Source: a virus. From it: a stretch of DNA of 64,000 bases. Location: positions 14,501 to 78,500 of IMG/VR virus record IMGVR_UViG_3300030107_000800. One strand, written 5' to 3'. The notes under the pieces were generated by a model, which was not told the origin of the DNA, did no database searches, and worked only from the letters and a program-made list of their open reading frames with translations. Numbering within the stretch: position 1 is the stretch's first letter; the number at the start of each line of letters is the position of its first letter. Positions 46,918 through 61,900 of this stretch are shown here, piece after piece. Position numbers and translations under genes: made by a program.

Positions 46918-49900
46918 TTATAACTCCATTAGCCACCATCCGCGTAGTGCAGGTGGTATTGTTCTTGAATTTGCAGATCCCTCAATGTCAACCGTACCAG
47001 CAAATACTAGTCCGAATGATGCATTGCGTGTCTGAATAACCAATTCACCTGAATCCCATGCTGTTGCTAGAGACTGACCATTTCCTGCATCTAACTTAGA
47101 TCCAGTTGAATCACCCTGAATAGCAGTGGCAATACCACTAATCTTCTTCGCTCTAATGATTAGACTTGTGTTATATGTTAAGTTTCCACTTAATTCAACG
47201 AATCTAATCATATCACCTGTTTGTGGATTATCTGGTAGATATAGAACTATGTTACTTCCAGAAGATGAGTTAACAAGATAGTTATTATTAACCTGTAGTG
47301 GATTATCTATCTGCTGTCCTACACCAGTAGCAGTATCGAATGCGACATATGTATGTCTTCTACCACCATTTCCTGTCCAGTATTTCTCAATACCAAATGA
47401 ATCAATAGCGTTGTTCTGATAGATTCTAAAGTCCTTAGCACCTTCAGTACCACCAACTCCAGCAGATCCAAGGTTATCAATGTGGAACATTGTCTTGGAT
47501 GCAGTCTCAGTCTCGTAGACCTTACCTGCTTGATAGTACTCTTCACCTAAGAATACATTACCTTCTCTATTAGTAACTTTAAATGTTGTTACATCAGAGC
47601 AGAGACCAAATGCCTGACAGTTCTCATAGTTGATCTTAAGATCACCACCAAGTTGAGCTCCACCATGTAATGTTAGTCCAGAAGTTGATGTCTTCGCATC
47701 AGCAAGTGATCCGTCTCCAGAGTGGCCATCGTCATTAGCGATAGACATAACCAGAGTCTGACCATCAGAACCATACATTCTGAGGTTACCACTGTATATC
47801 TCAACGTCATCGTGAACAGTTAGTTTACCACCACCATATAGATCAACTAAAGGAGTACCAATAGTATTTGGATTTCTAATTTGCTTAGGAGTCTTAACAG
47901 CGAAGCTAATATCATTAGAACCATCAACACTATCAGGTATGAACCACTCAGTTCCAATTCTGACGTATGTTATATAATCAAGTTTAGGAGCAATTAGATC
48001 AGCATCACGTAATGTAATCTCAAGTCTGATATCACTTGTGTTAGGTGTTCTAGCCTTAAGTGCAGTTGCTCTATCACCCTGTGTTGCAGGTACATCATGT
48101 AATAATGTAGTAGTTCTATCATACTTGTCTAACTTAACAACATTAGCACCTATCGAGAATGCTTGTGCTGCTGTTCCTTCTAATCCTCTACCTCCAGATG
48201 GATACTGAGCATTAGTAGCTGTTGGAAGTATTAGTTCTCCACCACCACCTGTGTAAGGATCATCAGTAATCTGAATAACCTCGATTGCAGCACCAGCACC
48301 ACTTACATAGATTGCAACCAAGTCACCTTTCTGGAATGCAGTTAGGTTACCTTGAATCTCAATGTTAGATGTGGCAGTTACAATATTGTCCGCAGTAGTA
48401 GATGAAGGACCACCTGATATAGTAGACTGAGCATTATGTCTATAAACATATACTACATCATTATCTTTACTGTATCCAGCAGGAGATGAACCGAACTGTT
48501 CAGAAAGCATGAATACTGTTCCATGCTGATTACCAACATCTGTATTACCTGTGCAAGTATCAACCTTGAATATATCAACAGTCTGATTATTAGTAATCTT
48601 AAGTTTTCTGTTGGTATCTGCATCAATGTATGGTGTTGTGCATGTTCCTGTTAGGTTCAATGAACCACCAATATTTGCATCACCACCAGTTACTAATGTA
48701 CCATCAGTAGAATCAACAGAGAATACTGACTCTTCTTGTGCAGTATCACAACCATTCTTAATATAGAAACTCTTAGCTACCTGTGATAGGAGAGTTTCAA
48801 CCTTGAATAGTTCACCTTGATCATCAACACCATCAGCAGGGACAGTAGTATCTTCACGATCAATGATTACATAATCACCAAGATCTATATCTCCACCAAA
48901 CTGTGATAGATATACATCTTCTGATACTCCACCAGAATCAATTGCACTAGTAATCCATGTAGCATCATACTGAACATTACACTTATAGATTGGAGTTGTA
49001 TCAGGATGATCTGATCTTGTTGTTGTCCATGTACCAAATGGTAGTCTCTCAACTACAATATAGAATGGAGCAGTACTAATCCTTGGTAGTGAAACGATCT
49101 TAACAAATTCAGGATGTAATGTACCACCTGAATCATCTGTATCAATCAATAGAATATCATTCTCATTGAAATACTGATTACCACCAGCATCTTCTGGCTT
49201 ATTCTTAATAGGTAGATAGTATTGATTACCAGTTAGAGCAGGTAAAGTCTGAGGTTCAATTACTGGTACTCCACCAACATTAGGAATCTCTTGCTGGAAT
49301 GTTGCTCCACCCCATGCACCACTACCAGATGTATCAACTTGGTTGTAAGTATCAATCAGAGTATTGTTTGAAGTCACTCTTAGAACATCAACCAAATCAA
49401 CGTTGCTGTTGAATAGATTGTTACCAAGTACTCCACTAGCATGAGCAAATGCAGTTGATCCTGCCTGTGCTCTCTTAGCACTGAATGAGTAAGAAGCAAA
49501 TCCACCGCATAGAGTAACATCAGCATTGAATCTAGCAGTAGCATCAACAATCAGGTTATTTCTAATTGTTGTAGATCCACCTTGACCAGCAATCTTAATT
49601 TCAGAAGCATTAGTTGCAAAGTCAAGTATAGATGTGGCCGAGTTACCAGAGAAGAATTCTACCTTCTGGGAAGTAGAACTTAATTTAACGATACTACCAG
49701 CACCAGATCTTCTAGATCCTAGTTCTGCATCACCATCTATCTTAAGAACTTTAGTCTTAATTCTAGTAGCAGATAATGATTCGTTATTATCATATGCACC
49801 ACCAATATCAACTAGTGATATTGTAAGAGCACCATCTGAAGCACGGTTGTCTGGTGTAGCACCTAATCTTATGTTACTATGAAGTGAACTACGTCCGATA

Positions 49901-52900
49901 TTGATAAACTGATCTGCTTCAGTTGTATCACCAATAGCAATTGTAGTTGCATTCTGACCAATATTAAGTGTTCCAGTAAATCCTGCTGAATTAACAAGAT
50001 TAAATCCACCTGTTGTGATCGTTGTTGTTATGTCAGCAGTATTAGCACCACCTCCACCATTAACTTCTACATCTTGTAAGAAGATAGCATTATCAGTGAA
50101 CTTGGAAGTACCACCAACATAGAATGTACTATCAAGTGATGCATTATCAACATTAATACCAATACGATTATCAACAGTATTAACTCTGAATAGTGCAGAA
50201 TCTGTAGGAGCAGCACTATCACCACCAACTAAGAATGCAGATGTACTACCAGTTTCAGTCTTAACTGTTCCTGTCTCAGTTAGATAAGAATTAATTGTCT
50301 TACCACTGATGAATGTAGTACCTACAACATCTAAGTTAGCACGAGGTTCTGTTTCAGCAGATACAAATCCCTTCTGGTATGCACTATGTGCAGAACGTGC
50401 AATAGTGTTAATACCAAGTTTGTAATCACCAATAGTGTCAGTTTCTGTTCTTAATGCTTCTGAACCTAGTACGCCAACTTCTTTGAATGAAGAGTTAGAG
50501 AACTCAACAGTTGGATTTGGTTGGCCACCTGGGACATTAGCAATAATATCTCCATTCCAGTTAAGTGTCTCATTTGCTAATGTTATACCTTCAGCAACGA
50601 AGTGAACATAGTTATTAGTACCTGAGAATGCATCTCCATTAGGTGAAGCAACTTGGAATGGTATGGAATTAAATCCAGCATTATGATAGAAATCATTAAT
50701 TCTAATCTGAGATCCAGATGTAATACCAAGATCATCATTAGTAATATCAAGTCCTGTGTTAGATGACTTGAATGTTAACTTAACTAGACTTCCAGAATTA
50801 ATAAACTCAATAGTGAATATACTTGTATCAGCAATTGGTTCATAGTAGTTTGCATATATCCATCCAAGTGAACCAGTTCTTCCTACTTCCTTACCTTTGA
50901 GTAAAACATCACCTGGTCTTGGTAAGACATTACCATACATGGTGTATTGTTCACTAGCAAGTCTAGTTCCACCAGGGTTGCCAACCAAATCACTGTTGTT
51001 TGGTGTCATATTAGATGGAAGAGAACCAGTACCACCAGTATGTGTCTGGAACATGTACTCTTGACCATTACCTCTGGCATTAAATCCAAAGATAGCAGCA
51101 TTAACACGGTTCTTACTGATCTGAATATCACCCTTAGTTGGTGGAGTGAATGCAGTTCTACTTAATGACTCATCTTGTTCTAGTTGTGTTACAGGATCAA
51201 CAGATGATACATTAGAACGAACAATAACAGCATGACGTTCCTGTGTTAGATCATTATCCTGTACAGATACAATTAGAGGAGATTCAAATGTATTAGGTAG
51301 TGTTCCTTCTCCACCAACGACTGTAATATTCTGGTTGAATGTTACAGGGGTGTCAAAGGTAGTAACTAGACTTCCAATTACATCATCCTTATCTCCATCA
51401 TCTTGTAATGTAGCAGCATCTATAAATGTTTCTTCACCTGTGATAGCATTGATTCTTCTATTACCAATGTACAAGTCACCTTGTGAGTTAATACCAGTGT
51501 AGAATACAATACCACCATCTTGCTTCTTAGACTGAGCATAGAAGTCTTCTTCTGGTGTTAGAACTACTTCCTGTCTAGCTGGTAGACCAGTTGAGTAGTT
51601 ACCTGGACCAAAACCAAGGTATTCAAATGTGTGGTTACCTGCTCTTGCGATAGATGGTCGTCTAAGTTCAACATAGTATCTCTGATCTGAGAGAACTGTG
51701 CTGTTACCAGCGATAGGAATTAATCTATCTTCTGATCCAGAGGTTGCATTACCAAGTTGTGCCTGAATCTTATTAGAACCAGTATATGTGTTCTCAATGA
51801 AAGCAGGTTGTTTAATTAGATCCTCAACACCTTCTCTTGTTACAGAGTTCTTATAGTCGTTAACTGTAACTAAACCATGAGTATAGTTATCAGCAGCAGA
51901 GAACGCTTGAGGTGGATCAATTAAATTAGCATATAGATTTTTCTCTTCGTTTGTTGTACCTGAGTTCTTAAACCAGAGAGGATCGTTTCTGTAGTTTAGA
52001 GGATATAGTTTGCTAACTGGCTGAGAGAACTTGAATCTCTGGAAGTTTCCACCAGCACCAGCACCAGTTGGGAATGGTGACATGTTACCACGTAAGCAAG
52101 TTAGATAGTAAACACCATCTTGCTGACCTGCGATACGTTTCTGTAATGTCTCATAACCAAAGATGTAGAATGTATCATCAATGATACCAGCATCAGTAAC
52201 AGACTCAACATAGTATTGAACACCAGCACTGTCAGTTACAGTATCACCAGGAGTAATAGTGTAAACATTTGCACCATCTTGCTTATAGTAATACTCAGGA
52301 TATCCCTTAGCGATCAAGGTCTTAAGTGGTAATGACTTACCAAAGTCCTGATCCTCTACCATATCAGCGAATACAGATCCTTGAGTGAATCTAGTTTGAG
52401 TGAATTCTGAGAACTCTAATTTTCCGCCGCGTAAATTTTTCAGAATTAGGTAATGGTCACTTCCAACTGAGTAGTAGCCATGTATATTACCAAGTCCAGA
52501 TGAATTACCAGTCCATTCAATTTGGTTAGCAGTAATACTCTGTGTCTTACTGGTTATAAAGTCTCCACCTTGAGGAGCAGTGATCTTAACTGTTGTAAAC
52601 TTATCGTTTCTTAATCCAGGATAGTTAACAATGTCAACTGCATGGTCATAAACAGTTAGTTCAAGATAATTGATAGAATTATCTAATTGATCTGCTACAT
52701 AACGAGCACCCTGAATTGTGGCCTGAATACCACTGGTTGTACGAATAAATGCACGGTAATCAATACCAGCACCAGTTAGATCCTTTCTATATGGATCATA
52801 TGCAAGATCTTTGTTTAAGTTATTGGATGTAAAGTCTGTATCAGTGTATCCAATATATTCACCTGCTTGTCTTGGGTTCTCGAACCTAGCACCAAATTGG

Positions 52901-55900
52901 TTACCACTTACAGGTTTCAATAAGATCTTCTGTGGAATTATCTTACGAGTATCGTCAGTTCTTGTCTTGATAACAAATCCATTGATAGGATCTCTTGCGT
53001 TCTCAAGATACTTAGGAATAACATAACGTAACTTGTATGTTCTTTCATCTGCCTCACGAACATCCTTAAGACGCTCATACCACATATCAGTGGTCTTAGG
53101 TCTATCAGCATAATCATTCTGATGAATTCTCCAGAATATATTATCACTGCTTGTATGCTCATCCTTAGTCTGAACATACCACTTACCAGTTGTAGTTACA
53201 TTATCAGTGAATCCAGGTTCAAACTGGAATGGACTTCTACGCTTGTTAGCAAATACATTAAATGATAATGTTTGTCCAGACTGGAATGTTATTGGATTTG
53301 CTCCAGTAATAGCATCAGCATGTGTTTCATGGATGGTAAATACCTTAGCATTTTGGTAACGAGCATAGAACTCTGTCTTACCATTAAGTCTACCAGTAGC
53401 AAGATCTGCAACTGCTGAATTATTACCACTAACATATGTTGTAGCAACTAAAGGTAAGTCACCACCATCAATTCCTCTAAAGAATACTCTATGAGGAGTA
53501 GTAGATGCAGATGGCTTATCAAAGATATTTGAAATATCAGTTTCAATACCAGCATTAACTGCATTAGTTAACTCACACTTATATGTGTGAAGATCGTACT
53601 TATCATCAAGAACAAACTGATAGATATCAATCTCAACATCAGGATCAATAGCATCAGTTTCAGATGCATAGATGTAGATACCAGCAGCAGCATTTTCTTT
53701 TGATGTTGCAAGCATCAACTTGGTTTGATCACTACCATTGAAGAATGTAGTACCATTATAATTTTCTGGTACTGTAACTCTACCTGGAGCAATTACATAG
53801 TAGATTTGGTTAGTAGAGAATCCATTAGGTAATCTAACAAGTCTCTTATCAACCTCAACATACTTCTGTGTGACTGTATCGAAACGGGGTCTTGGAACCA
53901 ATCTTACGGGAGTTCCAGTCTCGAAGTCGTGAGCATTAGATGAACCAGTACCAGTTGTATCAATAGTGAATACAGTTGCTCTGGAAGCAAGTAATGCAGT
54001 ATTAACTGTCTGTTCTTGACGAGTAACTGATCCAACACCACTGTTAATAATTGTAGTACATACTCCTATCAATGTGTCGATAGCAGCAGCTGTACTTGCA
54101 CACTGTAAAGATCCAGGAGCAGTTGTTGTATCCTGAGTGATAGATGTATCTGTTTGAGGTAATGTATCAGCCCATGCACCTTTAGTGAATGCAAAGAATA
54201 GATTAGTTGTGCTACTTGTTTGTAAAGTATTGACTGTGTTACCAGTAATTAATCTAGAATTGATAACACCAAGTTCAATCTTAGTATTATCAACAATTCT
54301 CTTAACATATGTTCCTTCTGGTATGTTAGTATAAATTGGTGTTGCACCAGGTTGTAATGCACCATTGACATAAGGTGATACACCAGTCTCATCATACTCA
54401 GTAACACTCATACCAATGATGATACCTCTTGTATCACCAACATCAACTATAGCTGTCTGATCAGTAGAGCAATTGAATACAAGAACATCAAAGTTCCTCA
54501 TAGCAGCAGTTGCTACTGATCCAACATAGTTGTAAGCATCAATAGTTTCTGCTTTCTCAGCATCAATAAAGTCTAGGTTATTACCAACGAAGTAAGATTC
54601 ACCAGCCTGAACACTATTAATGTTACCACCAAGTCTTAAGTCATTAACAACAGCATCTGTGATGAATGCAATATCACGGAAGCACTTAGATGACTCACTG
54701 TTAAGAGTAAAGTCTCCTTTATTAACTGTAGGTAGGCCACTGATATTACCAGCAGTAATAGAATCTGTTATGATGTCATATAATGTTTCTATTGTACCAC
54801 GAACGTTAGCACAATCCCACTCACCACTGCTTAATGATGGTAGAGTGTCTAATGTACCTGACTTCAATGCATCTCCAACAATACCAATCAAGGTATCGAC
54901 AGTAGCAAGAACATCAGAACAATTACCAAAGGCATATGTACTTGGATGTGTTATCGTTGCTGCTCTTGGATAAGCGTGCTTAGTAGCATTATTATCTGTA
55001 GCACATGTGAAGATTAATGACTCAGTTCCTAACTTAACACTCTCACCTACTGTTAGTGAGTGAGAACCAATAGTTAGTACCAATTCACCTGTTGTTGGAT
55101 TGTAATCAGCAGCAGTAGGTGTATGCTCTACATTTGTGGTAGTTCCAACGTTAATCCAAATCTTACCAGTCTGTCTCCAAACTCCATTACTTGTTGCAGA
55201 TACGAATGTATGAGCATACTGAGCATTAGGACCACCTTTACCAATGAATACATCAAATGAATTTTGTGTTACATTAGAGATAGGCAACCACTCATTGTAG
55301 AATGGATCAGATGTTCTTGGATATGTCTTATTAACAGTATTACCATCCTTCAAGCATGTGAATGTTAAAGAATTATCTGCAAATTTAATAGAATCATTTG
55401 TCTTCTCAATTCCATTAGCAGTTGCAGATACAAATGTATGTACTGAAGAGTTAGTAGATGGAATACCTAATAGAACATTAACTTCAATTGTATTAGCAGT
55501 TACGTTAGTAACAGATAACCATCTTCCACTTACAGGATCAGTAGCACGAGGATATGACTTAACATTACCTGTTGGATTAGCAATACCAACGTTAACTGTA
55601 ATAGTTGTAGCAGTTACAGCAGTGATGGCAATGTTTGTACCAGATACAGGGTCAGTTGATCTTGGATATGAATGATTAGTTGCATGATTGTCAGCATCAC
55701 AAGTAAATGTAATACCACCGTCTGCAATCTGAATTGTATTAGCAGTTGTAAGACTGTGAGTACCAAGAGTGATCTGCATATCACCACTGACAGGATTGTA
55801 TGTTGTACCAGCCTGTGCTGTGAAGTTAGATGCACCAGATGAGATAGCATCAGCAACACCACTTACAAATGTATGAGTACCAGTAGCAGCACTACACTCA

Positions 55901-58900
55901 AATGTTAATGAGTTATCTGCAATTCTTATCCTATCACCATTTCTATAGGTGTGATTAGGAATTGTAAGAACTAACTGACCAGCAGCAGCATCATAAGAAC
56001 CATTAGTTACAGTATCATATGTTGTAGCATTGAATCCATGATTTGCCATTCCAACGGTCAAGACACCAGTTGCAGGATCATATGCTGTACCAGCTCCTGC
56101 TGTATGGAATGTCTTGTCTACAGCATCAATATCAACTGCTGTGTTGTATATTGGATCTGTTGATCTTGGATAAGACTTAACAGTCTCGTTATTGTCCATT
56201 CCACAAGAGAAGAACAATGAATCATTAGCAATCTTCACACCATCTGTCATCATTAGATTGTGTGTTCCAATATCTAATATTAATCTTCCAAGTCCAGCAT
56301 CATAAGTTGCGTCTGAAATATCATACTTAACTTGTTCCGTTGTACCAACATCAACTGTGATTGTTGTTCCAGTAACAGCAGTAATTGTAACTGCCTCACC
56401 AGCAATAGGATCATTACCAGGACGAGGATATGTCTTGTTATCAGTATTGCCATCCATCTCACAAGAGAATGTCAATGAGTTGTCAGCAATCTTAATGCTT
56501 GTACCAACTGCTAATGAGTGAGCACCAATAGTTAATACTAGATCACCTAAAGCAGGATTATAAGTTGCACTACTTACATTAAACTGAACGATAGGTGATG
56601 AACCTACATTAACTGTAAATGTATCTGTAGTTACACTTGTAATTGCTAGTGATTGTCCAGAAGCAGGGTCTGTTGAACGTGGATATACATGCTGACTAAC
56701 ATCATTATCCATATCACAACTGAAGGTTAATGCACCATCAGCAATGGTAATAGTATTAGCAGTTGATAATCCATGGCCTACACTTGTGAATGAAATATCA
56801 CCTGAAGCAGGATCATATGCAGCACCCGTTACTGTGTATTGAGTACCCGTATTTGCTGTGATTCCATTATTAACAGCAGATATGAATGTATGTGTATAGT
56901 TACCACCAGATGATACAGCACCAGTTGTAGCAGATACAAATGTGTGAGCATATGCACCACCAGTGATCAATGCACCTTTAGCAGCATGTGAGAATGTATG
57001 AGGATAGTTACCACCTGAAACTACTGCACCTGTAGATGCACTCAAGAATGTATGAACTGACTTATCAGGAGAAGGTCCAACATTAAGAGTAATTGAAGTT
57101 GCATCAACAGCACTAACTGGCAATGCAGTATCATATGCTGGATCAGATGTTGATGAAATTACTCTACCAACTCCACCTGCACCAACATTAACTGTGAATG
57201 TATCAGTAGTAACTCCAGATACTTCTATTTCCTTACCAGAAACAGGATCTGTTGTTCTAGGATATGAATGTTGTGAGAAGTTATCATCCTTATCACATGT
57301 GAATGTCAATGAATTGTTAGTGATGATTATCTTATCACCATTACTTAATCCATGAGATGCAGCAGTGATAACTAAATCACCAGACTGTGAAGTATAAGTT
57401 GCATTAGTAGCAGTTAATGATCCACCAGAAACTATTGTTATTCCACTAGCAGTAGCACTAACAAATGTGTGGTTGTAATGATCTGTTACTGCATCATAAC
57501 CAGCAGCAGTTCTAACGATACCAGAAAGATTACCAACACCACCAGTTGTAGTTCCAAGTGACTGTATAAGGATACCAATTAATGTATCAACATCAGCAAC
57601 AACTGAACCGCAATGTGGTAAGTTAGCAGGTAGATCCCAATCTTCTACGATTGTTAGATCCTTAGTCTGAGTTAGTGGGTTGTTACCATTAACACTAACT
57701 GTTAGGTTGTTAAGAACTTCTATTGCAATGCTGCTAACATACTCATAAACACGAACGATCTCATCTCTTCTATCGTCTTCAATAACTGTTGTGTAGTTAA
57801 CTCCACCAAACTCATTAGTAATGAATCCTTCAGCAACATCATATGTCTTACTGTTACCACCGAACTTAACATCCCATGTAACTTCTCTTAAGACATCATA
57901 GATATCATCTAAACAATCCTGCATTGTGTTGCCAGTAGAAGGAGTATATGAAGGGAAATCTACCTTCATTCTTTCATATGCTTCTCTAGCAATAAATTCT
58001 TTATTTGTACGAATTAGATCATGTGCATCAGCGTGCATGTTAGAGACTATTGCTGGTTCTCCAACCTGATCTAATGTGATTGTTGTATCCTTAACATAGT
58101 ATAGGTTGTTAAGAGAACGATTCATCAAGTCAGCAGCACGTTTGAATGCTGTGATTACTGGATCAACTTCTCCTTGAACACCATTACCTAGTAATGTGTT
58201 ACCATCGAAGTACTCCTTAGTAGCAGCGATAGTAAATTCATTACCACCGAACCACAAGTCTTGTGCAACAGCATCAACGAAGATACCCATGTCTCTACGA
58301 CACTTAGCTTCACCTGTTAAGAATGTTCCTGCGTTCTCTACTGGCATACCAGCAAGAGTACCATTAGTAATGGCATCTGTTACGATAGTACCAAGAGTTA
58401 CGATTGCTGACTGAACATCAGAACATAAAGCATCATTGTACTGATTAGATGTATTACCAGCAAATGTAACTGCACTAGCAGATGCACTTACAAATGTATG
58501 AACTTCATTTGTAAACTTAGCTCTACCAACATTAACTGTGATAGTATTAGCATCAGCAGCAGTAATTTCAATATATGCTCCGTTTACAGGGTCACTGGAA
58601 CGAGGATAACTCTGTTGTCCTACACTTCCTTGATAGTTACAACTGAATGTAAGAGATCCAGTAGCAATATTAACTCTATTACCAACACTTAATCCATGAG
58701 CATTCATGGTTAGAACTAAGTCACCTGTAGCAGGATCATAAGTTGCAGTAGAAGGAGTAAACTGTTGCTGAGTCTGGCCATAAGGTGATCCAGGAGCATT
58801 ATCAGCAGTGATAGTTAAATCCTTATCATACATTGACTGTGTAACTGCCTTTCTCATTTGAGTTACAGCAGCATTAAGAGCAGTTGTATATTGAGTCTGC

Positions 58901-61900
58901 TCTCCAACAAAACCATTAAGGATAGGTGTTGTTGTATCAGAGAAGTATTGTTGTGCAAATGCTCTTGTATGCTTGTTACCAGTGGTATACAAGTCAGTAG
59001 CAACAGCATCTATAAAGATACCAATGTCTCTGAAACACTTACTCTCATGTACTCCACCAGATCCATTGTTGATCTCTTTTGGTAGAGAGTTAAGATTACC
59101 AGCAGTAATAATATCTGTTACAATAGTACCTAGAGTATCAATAGTTGCCTGTACATCAGCACAGTTATACTGAGTATTAATTGAGTTATCTGTATTAGCA
59201 CCAAAGATAACTGAATCAGTAGCAGCTCTTACAAATGTATGAGTTGCTTGTGGAAGATGCTTAATTGCATTATTTGAAGCAGTTACAAATGTATGAGTTG
59301 TATTTGGTCTGAACTCAACAGCATCAGTAGATGCAGAAACCCAAGTATGTGCTTCGTTGTTACTACCAGTACCAACACCAACGTTCATTGTGATCCAACC
59401 ATCTTGTCTGTCTACACCATTTGAAGTAGCAGATACAAATGTATGATTGAATTGACCGAATGATCCTGCTGCACCAACGTTAACATCGAAGGAGTTAGCA
59501 GTTACATTACTTACAGCATACCATCTACCACTAGCAGCATCGCTAGTACGAGGATAAGTATGTGTGCTTGAATTATTATCCTTATCACATGTGAATGTCA
59601 AAGAATTATCAGCGATCTTAACGTAATCGCCATTTGAGAATCCATGTGTAGGAATTGTAAGAGTTAGTGCTCCAGTTGCAGCTGTGTATGCTGCGTTAGT
59701 TACTGTATGCTGAGTAGCACCAACATTAGTAATTAGAATTGACTTACCAGCATAAGGGTCAGTGCCTGGTCTTGGATATGATCCATTACCACCGCCACCA
59801 AATCCACAACTGAAGGTCAATGAATTATCTTTAAGAACAATACTTCTACCAACACCGATACCATGCTGACCAATATTTAATGTTAAGATACCAGTTGAAG
59901 GTTCGTATGTACCATCAGTAGGAGTGAAGTCTCTATTACTACCAGCAGCATTAATATTAACTGTGATAGTACCATTAGTATAATCTACTGCTGTAATAGT
60001 AGCAGACTTACCTGAATACTCATCAATACCAGCACGAGGATATGTCTTGTTAGTACTATTACCATCCATAGCACAGGTAAAGGTCAAAGAGTCATTCTCA
60101 ATGACAATTCCTTCACCAACTGCTAGGCCATGAGTACCGATTGTTAGTACAAGATCACCTGTAGCAGGATCATAAGTAGCATTACTTGGTGTCCACTGTT
60201 GATCAGCACCAGCACCACCAATATTTACAGTGATTGTGTCAGCTGTTATAGTGGTTATCTGAACATACTTCTCATAGTTTGAACTTGCAGATGTAGGATA
60301 TGTCTTCTGACTTGCATTACCATCCATTCCACATGTGAATGTTAATCCATTCTCAGCAATGTTAATGCAATCACCTGTAGTTAATCCATGACCTGCGATA
60401 GTTAATACAAGATCGCCTGAAGTTGGGTTATATGATGCATCTGTTGGTGTGAATCTCTTTTCATCATTCTCACCATAATCAGATCCAGGTGCCTTATCTA
60501 CAATAGTTAAATCTTTAACGAAGAGTTGGTTAGTAACCGCCTTCTTCATTTCTTCTTTTGCTTGAGCAAAAGCAGCATTTGCTTCTGCCTCTTCACCCTC
60601 AACACCATTTGTTATAGGTGTAGTAGCATTCTGGAAGTACTCAGCAGCAAATCTATATGTGTACTCATTACCTTTAATGAATAAGTCAAGAGCAAGAGAC
60701 TCAACGAAGATCTCAAGGTCTCTACGACACTTAACTTCACCTAACTCACTAACATAACTGGTTTCTGCTGGAAGACCAGACAAGTTACCAGCACTAATAA
60801 CATCAGTTACAATAGTTGTAAGAGTTGCGATTGCATTCCTTACATCAGCACAAGCTGCTGGATCTGTATTAGGAACATTAGCACCACCAGCAATATAATC
60901 TGCTGGACCTGAAGTTAGGGTAAGATCCTGAACTGCTAATTGGTTACTAGCAGCAAGTTGCATCTGATCCCTTGCTTGGTTGAATGCATAATTTGCTTCT
61001 GTCTCTTCACCAGATAGTGAGTTACCGAAACTAGATGCAAACTTACGTGCATATCTGTTACCACCCATGAATACATCAAGAGCAATAGCATCTATGAATA
61101 TACCTGTGTCTCTTCTGCACTTATCTTCATACTGAACATGATTAGGATATGCAGTAAGAGTATTGGCCCATACTGTATTGATAATAGAAGCTTTGTTCTG
61201 TAATATTAAACGATAACCATCTGCAAATCTGGAAGATGGAGTAGTTGCAGCATCTCCAGTATGATAGAAATCTGGATGTTGTACTGCAATATTACCAAGA
61301 CCACGATCTACGATCCAGTCTTTGTTTTGCATAATCAAACGATATGCATCAGCAAATCTTGATCCATCATCTGTTTCTGCATCGTTAGGGAAGTAGAAAT
61401 CAGGATGATCCATAGTAATTTGTGCTATGGCCTTATCCTTAATCTCCTTACTGTTACGACGGATGAATCTAAATGCATCACCAAATCGTGATTGTGAATT
61501 AGTTTGTGTATCTCCAGGACTATAGTAATCTGGATGATATACTGCTACCTCAGCAACAGCACCATCAAGAATATAATCTTTGTTTGCTATGATTAAGTTT
61601 CTAGCATCCTTATTACGACTAGCAGAACTTGTAATTCTATCTGCGTAGATAGTAACTGAGTTAGTTGCTGCACTTACAAATGTATGTGCATATGCACCAC
61701 CAGAAATTACAGCACCAGCAGTAGCAGATACGAATGTATGTGCATACTGATCTCCAACAGAAGCAGCAGCACCAACATTAATTGTTATAGTACCATCTTG
61801 TTTCTTAATACCATTGGATACTGCTGATACAAATGTATGAGCAGATACATCAGAAGAAACACCAATGTTAACTTCAAATGTATTTGTTGATACGTTAGAA

